This document shows positions 28,001-35,311 of a stretch of 38,157 nucleotides of DNA, piece after piece (position 1 is the first letter of the stretch; each line of letters begins with the position of its first letter). The notes under the pieces are model-generated. The model saw only the letters and a program-made list of their open reading frames with translations, had not been told where the DNA came from and made no database searches. The position numbers and the translations under genes were made by a program. Source of the stretch: an uncultured Syntrophorhabdus sp. (GTDB lineage: Bacteria > Desulfobacterota > BSN033 > UBA1163); NCBI GenBank assembly GCA_964599175.1, contig CAZREE010000003.1, positions 1 through 38,157 of the forward strand, given 5' to 3'.

Positions 28001-28571
28001 TCGGGTGCAACTCAGAGGAGAAGGAGAGAACTTCCAGAGAATGAAGGAGTCTCTCGAGGGAGGGTTAAGGTTCGAATTAGAGAACGGAGTGATCGAAAAA
28101 GCGAACATCCTGGCCAAGATATTTTCGATCCTCAATGTCTCACAATTGTTCAAAGGAAGGCTTCCCGATCTCAAGGCCAAAGGGCTTCCCTATCAGCGGA
28201 TCTCTGCAACGTTCCAGGTCAAAGATGGCATTGCATCCTCAGAGGACTTTCTGGTTGATAGCGATGCGATGAGGATTACGGCCGTTGGAAAAGTCGATCT
28301 GGGAAAGAATCGGATCGATTCAAAGGTGGGGGTTCATCCGCTGGGCACGGTCGATACGATCTTAAGCAACATTCCGATTGCAGGTTATATTCTGACAGGT
28401 AAAGACAAGGCATTTCTCTCCTATGTCTATGAAGTGAAAGGAGATCTTGATGATCCCAAGATCGAAGGCATACCGTTTAAAACAGTCGGCGAAGGTCTGA
28501 TCGGCATTTTCAAACGCCTTCTTGAAACCCCCATGAGACCTTTCCAGAAAAACAACGCTGATAAGAAATAA
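25059..28571 (+). CDS. YhdP/AsmA-like large envelope biogenesis protein
   Basis: 1170 aa. N-terminal TM anchor (LLWILIPVLVVAILLFFTL), long beta-rich body, and a C-terminal AsmA_2-like block (IPIAGYILTGKDKAFLSYVYEVKGDLDDPKI). Start is TTG25059 or ATG25071. Confidence 0.65.
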   Translation: MANKMSHPSKKFLLWILIPVLVVAILLFFTLHYLFDPNLYRDTLQKTLTSQLGREVTFGKAKIGFWGGIGIAFEDFRIKDRSESYDLFRSQRLILTAKTLPLLKKEVKWKRVTLEKPVGRLSRDRSGRFNFFDTPVTGEELRSSQQKIIEALSTLFGGTLSVRSGEFSFSDEFFGGAPLLTKIQTLDLRLSKISHGKPFPFHISGKLLHSKQEGKFSVSGTIQDIPEAMDLSKGKVKAEVELKGIEVFHFWPYLKPLVPMNKIAGLLDLKGKYQGDLSGPFDTSVKIKFKEVTYDHPKVFAYLFTPKWVHIDLQAKYDRQAVEVPSFSIELPEIKVRGKGRIYGIGTKEMGMNAEASSSVFDLADGRRFIPFRIITPSVSDPLFRAEGSGPVQILSVKLSGKIPEIDHCDELYNAHVLTVEMKVHNARLKLPWNLPALEELKGHLLFKQGHLHMSDVTGRVFHSSIDQARGIFYELLQVPTLEVQGQGQFQMADLSSLLKTDVFGDDIELLKGLEPIVFQSGKAHYQISVKGKIKSPLRFQHQGGYLLSKVHLTHSQIPFPVSIGEGKLDLSNEDFQWSGAKVEFGNSSLFMSGSLKRGGASEFTAKGKIDLKNLLALSQSPLFPKEARLRAEDIKSLSGTGQLSFSGRRTTPVQPLSYEIDFIPKEASLLFKEASHPLLFRDGSLFISNLGATFSKLKILSMNSSLILDGTLRQGELNLSAWGLIDLKNIHAWLRLPLFPDSVRTGLEEIQDPAGAAELRLNFFGKVEQGIDVIKDGEVLLKGVSLRHGKIPVPLSQIEGRILFSPQQMQWERVKGRLGDSSLILSVASSRAPKEPRDAGSGTTRRLTLHLVSPQLDLNPLLLERENRTLASFEKIGQWLSLWAIEGKVEVEKGRYRNLSFKDLKFEMKMVEGKLLFHPFELKANGGDLWGEAWLQPSEKGIRFEMKPRLSHMEAEPFLRTFLKKEEEEKMLVTGRIYVDRVQLRGEGENFQRMKESLEGGLRFELENGVIEKANILAKIFSILNVSQLFKGRLPDLKAKGLPYQRISATFQVKDGIASSEDFLVDSDAMRITAVGKVDLGKNRIDSKVGVHPLGTVDTILSNIPIAGYILTGKDKAFLSYVYEVKGDLDDPKIEGIPFKTVGEGLIGIFKRLLETPMRPFQKNNADKK

Positions 28572-28673
28572 GTTCGGAGTTAAGAGTTCGTAGTTCGGAG
28601 ATAAGACAAAGAGCATTCATATTTTTTGTAAAACAAATGTTTTTTTTCACAAGCCATATTTACTCTTGACAAA

Positions 28674-28689
28674 TAACAAGATGTTGTTG
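28674..28689. promoter_or_regulatory. candidate NrdR box 1 (overlaps a TTGACA promoter element at 28666-28671)
   Basis: taacaagatgttgttg has the palindromic core CAA.AT.TTG, resembling the acaCwAtATaTwGtgt consensus. Confidence 0.3.
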
Positions 28690-28704
28690 TAGTGAATAAG
28701 GGTC

Positions 28705-28720
28705 ACACAAAATATAGCCT
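28705..28720. promoter_or_regulatory. candidate NrdR box 2
   Basis: acacaaaatatagcct matches the left half and centre of the NrdR consensus. Its centre lies 31 bp from box 1, the usual tandem spacing. Confidence 0.35.
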
Positions 28721-28768
28721 ATCAACCACCCTAACTTCGTCAAATTCCACAAACAAGGTGATACGAAA

Positions 28769-30934
28769 ATGGCAAGCGTTATTGAGATGAAAGAGGAACG
28801 TAGAGATTTGAAAGTCGAAGACTCGACTCTACGAGAAGAGTTTGAAACGACAGATATGGCTCTTTTCGTTCGCACCTCTGAAGAGTCGATGAATGATTGG
28901 AACCGCCAGAGGATCGTCGACGCCCTTCTCAGAGAAACCTATATTGATGTCGATACGGCAAAAGAGATCGCCCGGGAAGTGGAGGATTTAATCGTCACTT
29001 CCAAGATCAAAATGATCACCGCACCTCTGGTCCGAGAACTGGTCGACACCAAATTGGTTGAAAGGGGACTGGAGCAGGCCCGCAAGATGCACACCCGGTT
29101 GGGTATGCCCCTTTATGATGTGGACCAGCTCATCCTTCATCCCAACAAAGAGAATGCCAATGTCCCTCACGGACCGGAGGCCACCAATCTTACCCTTGCG
29201 GAGAGGATTAAAAAAGAGTACGCCCTCCTCTCCGTCTTCTCGCAGGAGACGGCGGATGCTCATATGCGAGGGGATATCCATCTCCATGACCTCGGCTTTG
29301 TGGATCGGCCTTACTGCAGCGGGCAATCCCTCGAATACATCAAGCGATTCGGCCTGAGCCTTCCCAACTCCATTGCCATGGCCAAACCTGCCAAACATCC
29401 GGAGGTGCTCCTGGCGCATATGGTGAAGTTTGCCGCAGGCCTTCAGAGCAATTTTGCCGGAGCCATCGGATGGGACTCGGTCAATCTCTTCTTCGCTCCT
29501 TATCTGGTGGGAATGTCGGATCGGGAGATGGAACAATTAGCGCAGATGTTGATCTTCGAATTCTCTCAGCAGGCCGTTGCCCGCGGGGGTCAGGCGATCT
29601 TCACGGACATTAATCTCTACTGGGAGATTCCCAAGCATTTTGAAAATGTTCCTGCCATCGGTCCCGGGGGGGAGAAGACAGGAAAGAGGTACAGCGACTA
29701 CACAACGGAATCACAGCGTTTTGCATGGGCTCTCTTTAATGTCTTCATGGATGGAGACGGGTCCGGAAGGCCTTTCTTTTTTCCCAAACCGCTTGTCCAT
29801 ATCACGGAAAAATTCTTTCAGACCCCGGGTCATATGGATTTTCTTCACCACATCTGTGAGGTCGCTTCTGAAAAGGGCAACACTTATTTTGTTTTCGACC
29901 GCGGGGAGACGGCCAAAATCTCCGAATGCTGTCGCCTCAGCTTCAAGCTCGATCAGACCGACCTGGAGGATGCGAAGGAGCCCTGGAAGATGCGGTACTG
30001 CGCTCTGCAGAATGTCACGCTCAACCTTCCAAGGATCGCCTATCTGGCCAAAGAGGACGATACCCGACTCTTCTCCAAGCTGACGGAGTTTGTAGAGATT
30101 GCGGTCAGGGCGCATCTGGAGAAGAAAGTCTTCATTGAAAAGCTCCTCTCCCTTGGCGAACGGGGTCCCCTTGCCCTGTTAGCCATGAACCGGGACGGGT
30201 CTCCTTATCTGAGAATGCATCGGGCCAGTTTCCTCATCGGAATGGTCGGACTCAATGAACTCGTTCAGATCCATACCGGCCAGGAGATGCATCAGTCGAG
30301 GCATGCTTTTAAATTCGGATTGAAGGTGATCGCCCATATGAAACTGCTGGTCGATAAGTTGAGCGAACGCTATGGAATGCATTTCGTTCTCGAACAGACG
30401 CCCGCTGAATCGACCGCTTACCGTTTTGCCAAACTGGATCTCCGGTATCATTCCCCCCGATCAGGACATATCGTTAAGGGGGATATTTCTAAAGGAGAAA
30501 TCTATTATACGAATTCCACCTATCTGAATAACTCCGCGGTGCTCAATCCGATTGAAAGGGTCAGGCAGGAGGGGCTCTTTCATCCCCTGATTGAGGCCGG
30601 CGCATTGACCCATATCTGGCTGGGCGAGGCAAAGCCATCAAAAGAGTCTCTTGCCAATTTTGTGATCAAGACCTTCAGGCAGACCCAAAATGATCAGGTG
30701 GCCTTCTCGCCGGAGTTCACCACCTGCAATGCCTGCAATCGGACGAGTCGGGGGCTCCAGGCTTCCTGCTCCTACTGCGGATCGACAGAGGTGGATGGCA
30801 TCACCCGGATCACCGGCTACTTTACCAAACTCTCCAGCTGGAACAAGGGAAAGATCGGCGAGCTCCGAAACCGTTACCGGAATCAGGCCTACATCGAAGC
30901 CCAAGAAAAAGAAACCGCCCTGATGACCGGGTGA
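28769..30934 (+). CDS. nrdD: anaerobic ribonucleoside-triphosphate reductase (class III)
   Basis: AAGGTGA RBS. ATP-cone-like N-terminus (WNRQRIVDALLRE...), C-terminal Zn ribbon CNACN...CSYCGS, and glycyl-radical motif GITRITGYF. Confidence 0.9.
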   Translation: MASVIEMKEERRDLKVEDSTLREEFETTDMALFVRTSEESMNDWNRQRIVDALLRETYIDVDTAKEIAREVEDLIVTSKIKMITAPLVRELVDTKLVERGLEQARKMHTRLGMPLYDVDQLILHPNKENANVPHGPEATNLTLAERIKKEYALLSVFSQETADAHMRGDIHLHDLGFVDRPYCSGQSLEYIKRFGLSLPNSIAMAKPAKHPEVLLAHMVKFAAGLQSNFAGAIGWDSVNLFFAPYLVGMSDREMEQLAQMLIFEFSQQAVARGGQAIFTDINLYWEIPKHFENVPAIGPGGEKTGKRYSDYTTESQRFAWALFNVFMDGDGSGRPFFFPKPLVHITEKFFQTPGHMDFLHHICEVASEKGNTYFVFDRGETAKISECCRLSFKLDQTDLEDAKEPWKMRYCALQNVTLNLPRIAYLAKEDDTRLFSKLTEFVEIAVRAHLEKKVFIEKLLSLGERGPLALLAMNRDGSPYLRMHRASFLIGMVGLNELVQIHTGQEMHQSRHAFKFGLKVIAHMKLLVDKLSERYGMHFVLEQTPAESTAYRFAKLDLRYHSPRSGHIVKGDISKGEIYYTNSTYLNNSAVLNPIERVRQEGLFHPLIEAGALTHIWLGEAKPSKESLANFVIKTFRQTQNDQVAFSPEFTTCNACNRTSRGLQASCSYCGSTEVDGITRITGYFTKLSSWNKGKIGELRNRYRNQAYIEAQEKETALMTG

Positions 30935-30969
30935 GGTAAGGGTTACGAAAAAAGGTTCACGGTGATGAT

Positions 30970-31043
30970 GCTCGTATCGAAATTTGAGGCTCGAAGTTAG
31001 AAACTCGAATATCCAGTTTCGAAATACTAGCCTCGATACGAGC
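30970..31043. repeat. irregular long hairpin built from TCGAA-type motifs
   Basis: gctcgtatc/gatacgagc (9 bp), gaggct/agcctc (6 bp) and gaaact/agtttc (6 bp) are nested around the loop cgaatatcc. Confidence 0.6.
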
Positions 31044-31085
31044 TTCGACAACGACAAACGTTTATTTTATTTAAAAGGAGAAAAC

Positions 31086-31352
31086 ATGGAACAGATCAAA
31101 ATTTTTGTTAAAGCGAAATGTCCGAAATGCCCTGCCGCCAAAGAGATTGGGATTGAATTGAAAAGGGAAGGCGTGCCGGTTGTCAACTATGACCTGGACA
31201 CGATCGACGGTCTTGCAGAAGCCTCTTTCTACAGCATCCTCTCCACCCCTTCCTTCATCATTGAGGATGAAGAGGAGAGGGAGGTGGCCAGCTGGAGAGG
31301 CGTGGTTCCCACCCTTCAGGAGGTGAAACAGCACCTCTCCGCAAACAGTTGA
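31086..31352 (+). CDS. small glutaredoxin/thioredoxin-fold protein (NrdH-like candidate reductant)
   Basis: 88 aa, AAAGGAG RBS. IKIFVKAKCPKCPAAKE has a CxxC at the end of strand 1, then the TPSFII cis-Pro region. Confidence 0.7.
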   Translation: MEQIKIFVKAKCPKCPAAKEIGIELKREGVPVVNYDLDTIDGLAEASFYSILSTPSFIIEDEEEREVASWRGVVPTLQEVKQHLSANS

Positions 31353-31375
31353 AAAAATCCGGGGCAATGTTTGTC

Positions 31376-31658
31376 GGTTATCAGAATATCAGGTGATCAG
31401 GAAGTGGGCATCAGGAAATCAGATTTAAAAATTATAACTTGATGGACTCGTAAAAAGGTCACTCCGGTGGAAACCGGAGTCCAGAGAATTTCTAACCCTT
31501 TGAAAAAACTGGATTCCGGCTTTCGCCGGAATGACAACCATTAGTGTTTTTTAACTTTTTACGAAATCATCATAACTTCCATAATCCCTGATATCCTGAT
31601 GCTTCCGGTATCCTGCTTCTCGGTACGAGTCGATTCCGACCTGATGATCTGGTTACCC
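31376..31658. repeat. nested palindromic element (MITE-like) with ATCAGG/CCTGAT-rich arms and two inverted hairpin units
   Basis: Arms at 31376-31444 and 31568-31658 are imperfect reverse complements. The inner stem is gactcgtaaaaag / ctttttacgaaatc. Hairpins are actccggtGGAAaccggagt (31461-31480) and attccggcTTTCgccggaat (31513-31532). Confidence 0.7.
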
Positions 31659-31735
31659 GATTCCCTTTCAGGATTCCATTCTATTTCGCCCCGTCAAGGC
31701 GGGACGGAGGTTTCGAATTTAACTCCAATTTTATC

Positions 31736-32416
31736 ATGGTCGAAATCAAGGGATTCTTAGAAACTTCCTTTCTGGACTGGCCGGGGAAGATCTGTTCTGT
31801 CTTTTTTCTTCCCGGTTGCAACTTCTGCTGTCCGTACTGTCATAACCATTCACTGGTTTTCCATCCCGGGCAGTTTGCTTCGATATCGCTCAACGACATC
31901 TTCCGTCGCCTGGGACCCTTTAAAGGTTGGATCGATGGCGTCTGCCTCACGGGGGGCGAGCCCACTCTGCACGCCGATCTGCCTCTCTTGGTCCGTCAAA
32001 TTAAAGAAAGAGGGTTCCCGGTCAAACTCGATACCAATGGCTCCAACCCACAGATGCTTGAAACGCTCATCGATCAGGGAGAGGTTGATTTCATTGCGAT
32101 GGATGTGAAAGCGCCGCTGAATCCCTTCAGCTACCGGCGATCAACCGGTCTCACCATCGACCTCGGTCTCATCTCGAAGTCGATCGAAATTTTGAAGCGG
32201 GAAAAAGTGGAATATCAATTTCGGATGACCGTTGTTCCTCAACTCCATAGCGAAGAAGAGGTCCGGACCCTTGGCCGGCAGCTGAAGGCCGGCCGAAGAT
32301 TGACTCTCCAGAATTTCAACCCGGAAAATCCATTAGACCCCTCATTGAAGAACACTCCTCCTTACGACCCCAAAGTGTTGAAGGAAATGGAAAGAAGGGT
32401 GCAGGAAATGGTATGA
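31736..32416 (+). CDS. nrdG: anaerobic ribonucleoside-triphosphate reductase activating protein (radical SAM)
   Basis: IKGFLETSFLDWPGK...GCNFCCPYCHN (CxxxCxxC) and GVCLTGGEP. Length and motif pattern fit the NrdG activase family. No obvious SD. Confidence 0.8.
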   Translation: MVEIKGFLETSFLDWPGKICSVFFLPGCNFCCPYCHNHSLVFHPGQFASISLNDIFRRLGPFKGWIDGVCLTGGEPTLHADLPLLVRQIKERGFPVKLDTNGSNPQMLETLIDQGEVDFIAMDVKAPLNPFSYRRSTGLTIDLGLISKSIEILKREKVEYQFRMTVVPQLHSEEEVRTLGRQLKAGRRLTLQNFNPENPLDPSLKNTPPYDPKVLKEMERRVQEMV

Positions 32417-32472
32417 ACTTTAATTGCAAATTGGAAATTGGGCAGCACCTTAGCACTTTGAAAAAAAACATC

Positions 32473-32547
32473 TAATCCCCCTTCATCCCCCTTTTTCAAA
32501 AGGGGGAAGTATTTCTCCTCCCCTTGGCAAAGGGCGGGGAGGGATTT
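32473..32547. repeat. family-2 G/C-tract palindrome, copy B
   Basis: taatccccc ttcat ccccctttt..aaaaggggg ... ctcccc ttggcaaa gggcggggag ggatt. The first 20 nt match copy A (tctaaYccccc ttcatccccc). Confidence 0.65.
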
Positions 32548-32605
32548 TATGAAGTATTTTACAAACAGCTAAATTGATACAAAATTGCAAATTGGGAATC
32601 CGTTT

Positions 32606-33637
32606 ATGACTTCTCCTTCCCTTAAAGAGATCCGGACGAAGATCGATACGCTGGAGAAAGAGATCCAACTCCTGAGGCCCATCTTCGAGACGATCCGCGA
32701 TCCTTTCTTTCTTCTGAATTGCAAGAAAGAATTTTTAAAGGCCAACCCGAAAGGGGTGGATCTGTTGGGTTACGCTCCCGAGGAGATCGAACAGATGGTC
32801 TTCACCGATGTGTTGGCCCTCAACGACATCAGCGCCATGAGAGAAGGCTTCGACGAAATGGGAAAGGGGCGCGAAGTCTCTTTGACCCTCCATGTCGTTA
32901 ACCGGCTCAGAGAAGAAATTCCTGTGGTATGTTTTGGAACGCTACGAGAAGAAACCTACTTCATCACCCTGAGGGATTTAAGGGAGCGGATCCGTCTCGA
33001 GGAGGAATGGGAGAAGGCAAAGAGGCAGTTTATGGAAAAGCTCCGGGAGAGGGACCAATATGCCAGGGAACTGCAGGTGATGAGAGACCTCTTTAAGGAG
33101 AGAACCCGAGAGGTCGAGAAGATGAAAGAAGAGGCTGTCATGCTTTCTTACACGGACGACCTCACCGGAATCTATAATTATCGTTTTTTTATTCAACAAT
33201 TGACCCTGGAGGTGGAACGTCAAAAACGTTATTCTTCCTCTCTCTCCCTGCTCATGATCGACATCGACTATTTTAAACATTACAACGATCACAACGGACA
33301 TCTGGCAGGAGACGAGGCGTTGAAAGCCATAGCCGTTCTCATCCAGCACGGGGTCCGTCAGAGCGATATTGTCGCCCGCTATGGAGGCGAGGAGTTTGCC
33401 GCCATCCTGGTCAATGCAGGAAGGCAGAAGGCGATGGAGATTGCGGAGAGGGTGAGGCGGATCATTCAGGAGACCCCCTTTCCGAACGAAAAAGCACAAC
33501 CCAATGGAAACCTGACGGTGAGCCTTGGGGTGGCCACCTTTTCTTCTCCCATCGCCACGATCACGGATCTGATCCGCAAGGCGGACAACGCACTCTACCG
33601 GGCCAAGAGGGCAGGCCGCAATCGCGTTGAGGAATGA
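32606..33637 (+). CDS. PAS-like sensor, coiled coil, GGDEF diguanylate cyclase
   Basis: RYGGEEFAAIL active site with an upstream RQSD I-site (RxxD), DDLTGIYNYRFF, and DIDYFKHYND. Start is ATG32606 (the ORF track uses TTG32585). Confidence 0.85.
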   Translation: MTSPSLKEIRTKIDTLEKEIQLLRPIFETIRDPFFLLNCKKEFLKANPKGVDLLGYAPEEIEQMVFTDVLALNDISAMREGFDEMGKGREVSLTLHVVNRLREEIPVVCFGTLREETYFITLRDLRERIRLEEEWEKAKRQFMEKLRERDQYARELQVMRDLFKERTREVEKMKEEAVMLSYTDDLTGIYNYRFFIQQLTLEVERQKRYSSSLSLLMIDIDYFKHYNDHNGHLAGDEALKAIAVLIQHGVRQSDIVARYGGEEFAAILVNAGRQKAMEIAERVRRIIQETPFPNEKAQPNGNLTVSLGVATFSSPIATITDLIRKADNALYRAKRAGRNRVEE

Positions 33638-34040
33638 GTTGAAGACGATCCTCGTCACCGCAGGAGTGATCATTGAAAAAAAGAAGGCGCTGGTCGCTCA
33701 GAGAAAAAAACGGGCTCTCCGCGGCCTGCTCTGGGAGTTTCCAGGCGGAAAGGTCAAGGAGGGCGAGGATCCCAGAAGGGCCTTGCAAAGGGAACTGAAG
33801 GAGGAGCTTGATGTCGATGTGGAGGTGGAAAAAATCCTGGAAGCGGTCTTCCATACCTATCCCGAATATCCGATCCTTCTTCTCGCCTATCGCTGCCGCA
33901 TAAAAAGGGGGACTCCCAGACCCATGGGTTGTCATGACCTCCGATGGGTCTGCCTGGCGGAATTGAATAAATTGCCGATGCCCCCTGCGGATGAACCCAT
34001 CCGGATACGGTTGAATCGTCCCGGAGAAGGGCTACGCTAA
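33627..34040 (+). CDS. NUDIX hydrolase (MutT-like)
   Basis: Nudix box WEFPGGKVKEGEDPRRALQRELKEELDV. Start is TTG33627 or TTG33639, overlapping the cyclase stop. Confidence 0.8.
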   Translation: MRNELKTILVTAGVIIEKKKALVAQRKKRALRGLLWEFPGGKVKEGEDPRRALQRELKEELDVDVEVEKILEAVFHTYPEYPILLLAYRCRIKRGTPRPMGCHDLRWVCLAELNKLPMPPADEPIRIRLNRPGEGLR

Positions 34041-34174
34041 GGAGTTGGAGGGAACAGCTTCCTGTGGTCGGGTCTTATCGACAAACCGCTCCCTATAGAG
34101 CTTAGCCTCAAAACAATTCATTCCCTCTTGGAGAAATTTCAAGTTTGTTATAGAATCACTTTAGGAGTTGACCT

Positions 34175-35020
34175 ATGCCAAAAGAACCGATGCAGAGATA
34201 TGCTGAAAGTCTGGAAAAGACCATCCAGTACAACTTCAGTCAACTGAAGGAGATGGTGGAGGATTTTAAAGGGCTCTGTATGGTGGTCACGCCCGAGAAA
34301 CATACTCCTCAGGATATCATCACCGATATCCGAAAGCTTTACAAAGAGATTCGGGACCGCCTGACCGAAATCAAAGCCATTCAGCAAACCCTCCAGGGAA
34401 AATACAGGCAATATTATCGAAGGGATCCTCTGCGAGACAAGTCAATTGTTGAATTCGGGTTTCTGACCAAGAATCTCCTTTCAAAGTTTGAATATATCCT
34501 GCTTCAAAAGCAGGCTCTGGCACACAAGAGGGAAGAGGACATCGCCAAAGAGGAGCAGAAGGGCTTTCCCTATCAATGGTTTCACTCTAAAAACAATCAG
34601 GTCACCTTCATCAGAAATTTACGGATTTTGGGCGAGCTGGATTATGAAGTCCCTTTGGAGCAGGGTATGGATGAAAGACGAAAGGTCTCGCATGAGAAAG
34701 TCCGGCATCTGACCCTTTTCTGCCTCAGGGGAAGGCCCAGCCTCATCGATGAGGTTCTCTCCCGGCTCAGGTTGCGGGAACATGACATCATCGAGCGGTA
34801 TGCTCAGGATGAACTTCACGGATTGCTTGCCCATTTGAGGGAGGTGAATCCGGTGGAGTTAGAAAAAATTTTTCAACGGATTTTGGAGCATGAAGATGTT
34901 TCAAAACTCAAATGTCTTCTCATCCAGGTTCGTTCCCCAAAAGACCTCGAAGGCGATCAATTCAACACGATAAAAAAGACCCTCGGAGAAGTGGAAGATG
35001 GAAAGGTCAAAACGATTTAA
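34175..35020 (+). CDS. hypothetical protein (predicted helical, no recognisable domain)
   Basis: 281-aa ORF with AGGAG 8 nt upstream of the ATG. Charged, helix-rich composition. Confidence 0.5.
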   Translation: MPKEPMQRYAESLEKTIQYNFSQLKEMVEDFKGLCMVVTPEKHTPQDIITDIRKLYKEIRDRLTEIKAIQQTLQGKYRQYYRRDPLRDKSIVEFGFLTKNLLSKFEYILLQKQALAHKREEDIAKEEQKGFPYQWFHSKNNQVTFIRNLRILGELDYEVPLEQGMDERRKVSHEKVRHLTLFCLRGRPSLIDEVLSRLRLREHDIIERYAQDELHGLLAHLREVNPVELEKIFQRILEHEDVSKLKCLLIQVRSPKDLEGDQFNTIKKTLGEVEDGKVKTI

Positions 35021-35023
35021 TAT

Positions 35024-35052
35024 TTGACACCTGCGGGGCAAATCGTTATAAA
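35024..35052 (+). promoter_or_regulatory. near-consensus sigma70 promoter
   Basis: TTGACA (35024-35029), 17-nt spacer, TATAAA (35047-35052). It starts immediately after the stop of the previous gene. Confidence 0.55.
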
Positions 35053-35058
35053 AGGTTT

Positions 35059-35311
35059 GAAAAAGCCTTCATCGCCAGACATCAAGCGCTTGCCTTCGCC
35101 ACGCAGGGAATTCGGCAATTGAAGCTTCATTGTCTCACTCGGGGAGAAAAACCCTCACCTTCAGGCGAAGACTTGAGTATGCACACTGTGTGCATGTTTT
35201 CAGATTTTCCCTCGTGAGGATTTCTGTGCTTGTTGTTTCGTCTTCAGCTGACTTCAGTCAGTAGAGAATCCACCAGCTTGTAGCTGGCGGTAGTTCAATT
35301 CCAATAAGCCT
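35059..35311 (+). promoter_or_regulatory. long structured 5' leader (about 250 nt) of the Mg module; candidate riboregulator of unknown class
   Basis: Pairing cttcgcc (35094-35100) / ggcgaag (35164-35170). Hairpin atgcaca-ctg-tgtgcat (35179-35195) followed by GTTTTCAGATTTT. Competing pairing cctcac (35152-35157) / gtgagg (35213-35218). Hairpin ccaccagct-tgt-agctggcgg near the start codon. Confidence 0.35.

Noticed and set aside
28856-30934. Alternative nrdD start at Met30 (MALFVRT...), which would remove the acidic 29-aa N-terminal extension.
   Set aside because: ATG28769 has a well-spaced AAGGTGA RBS, whereas ATG28856 has none. I kept the longer form. N-terminal proteomics would settle it.
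34912-35217. 101-aa + strand ORF spanning the end of the orphan gene and the leader.
   Set aside because: It overlaps a better ORF in another frame. It crosses the consensus promoter and has an Arg/Lys-rich composition typical of out-of-frame translation.
35059-35311. M-box (ykoK) magnesium riboswitch upstream of the MgtE-like gene.
   Set aside because: I looked for the conserved M-box strings and found none on the + strand. Only AAGGTGAGGG occurs, on the minus strand, without the other conserved blocks. I kept the region as an unclassified structured leader instead.
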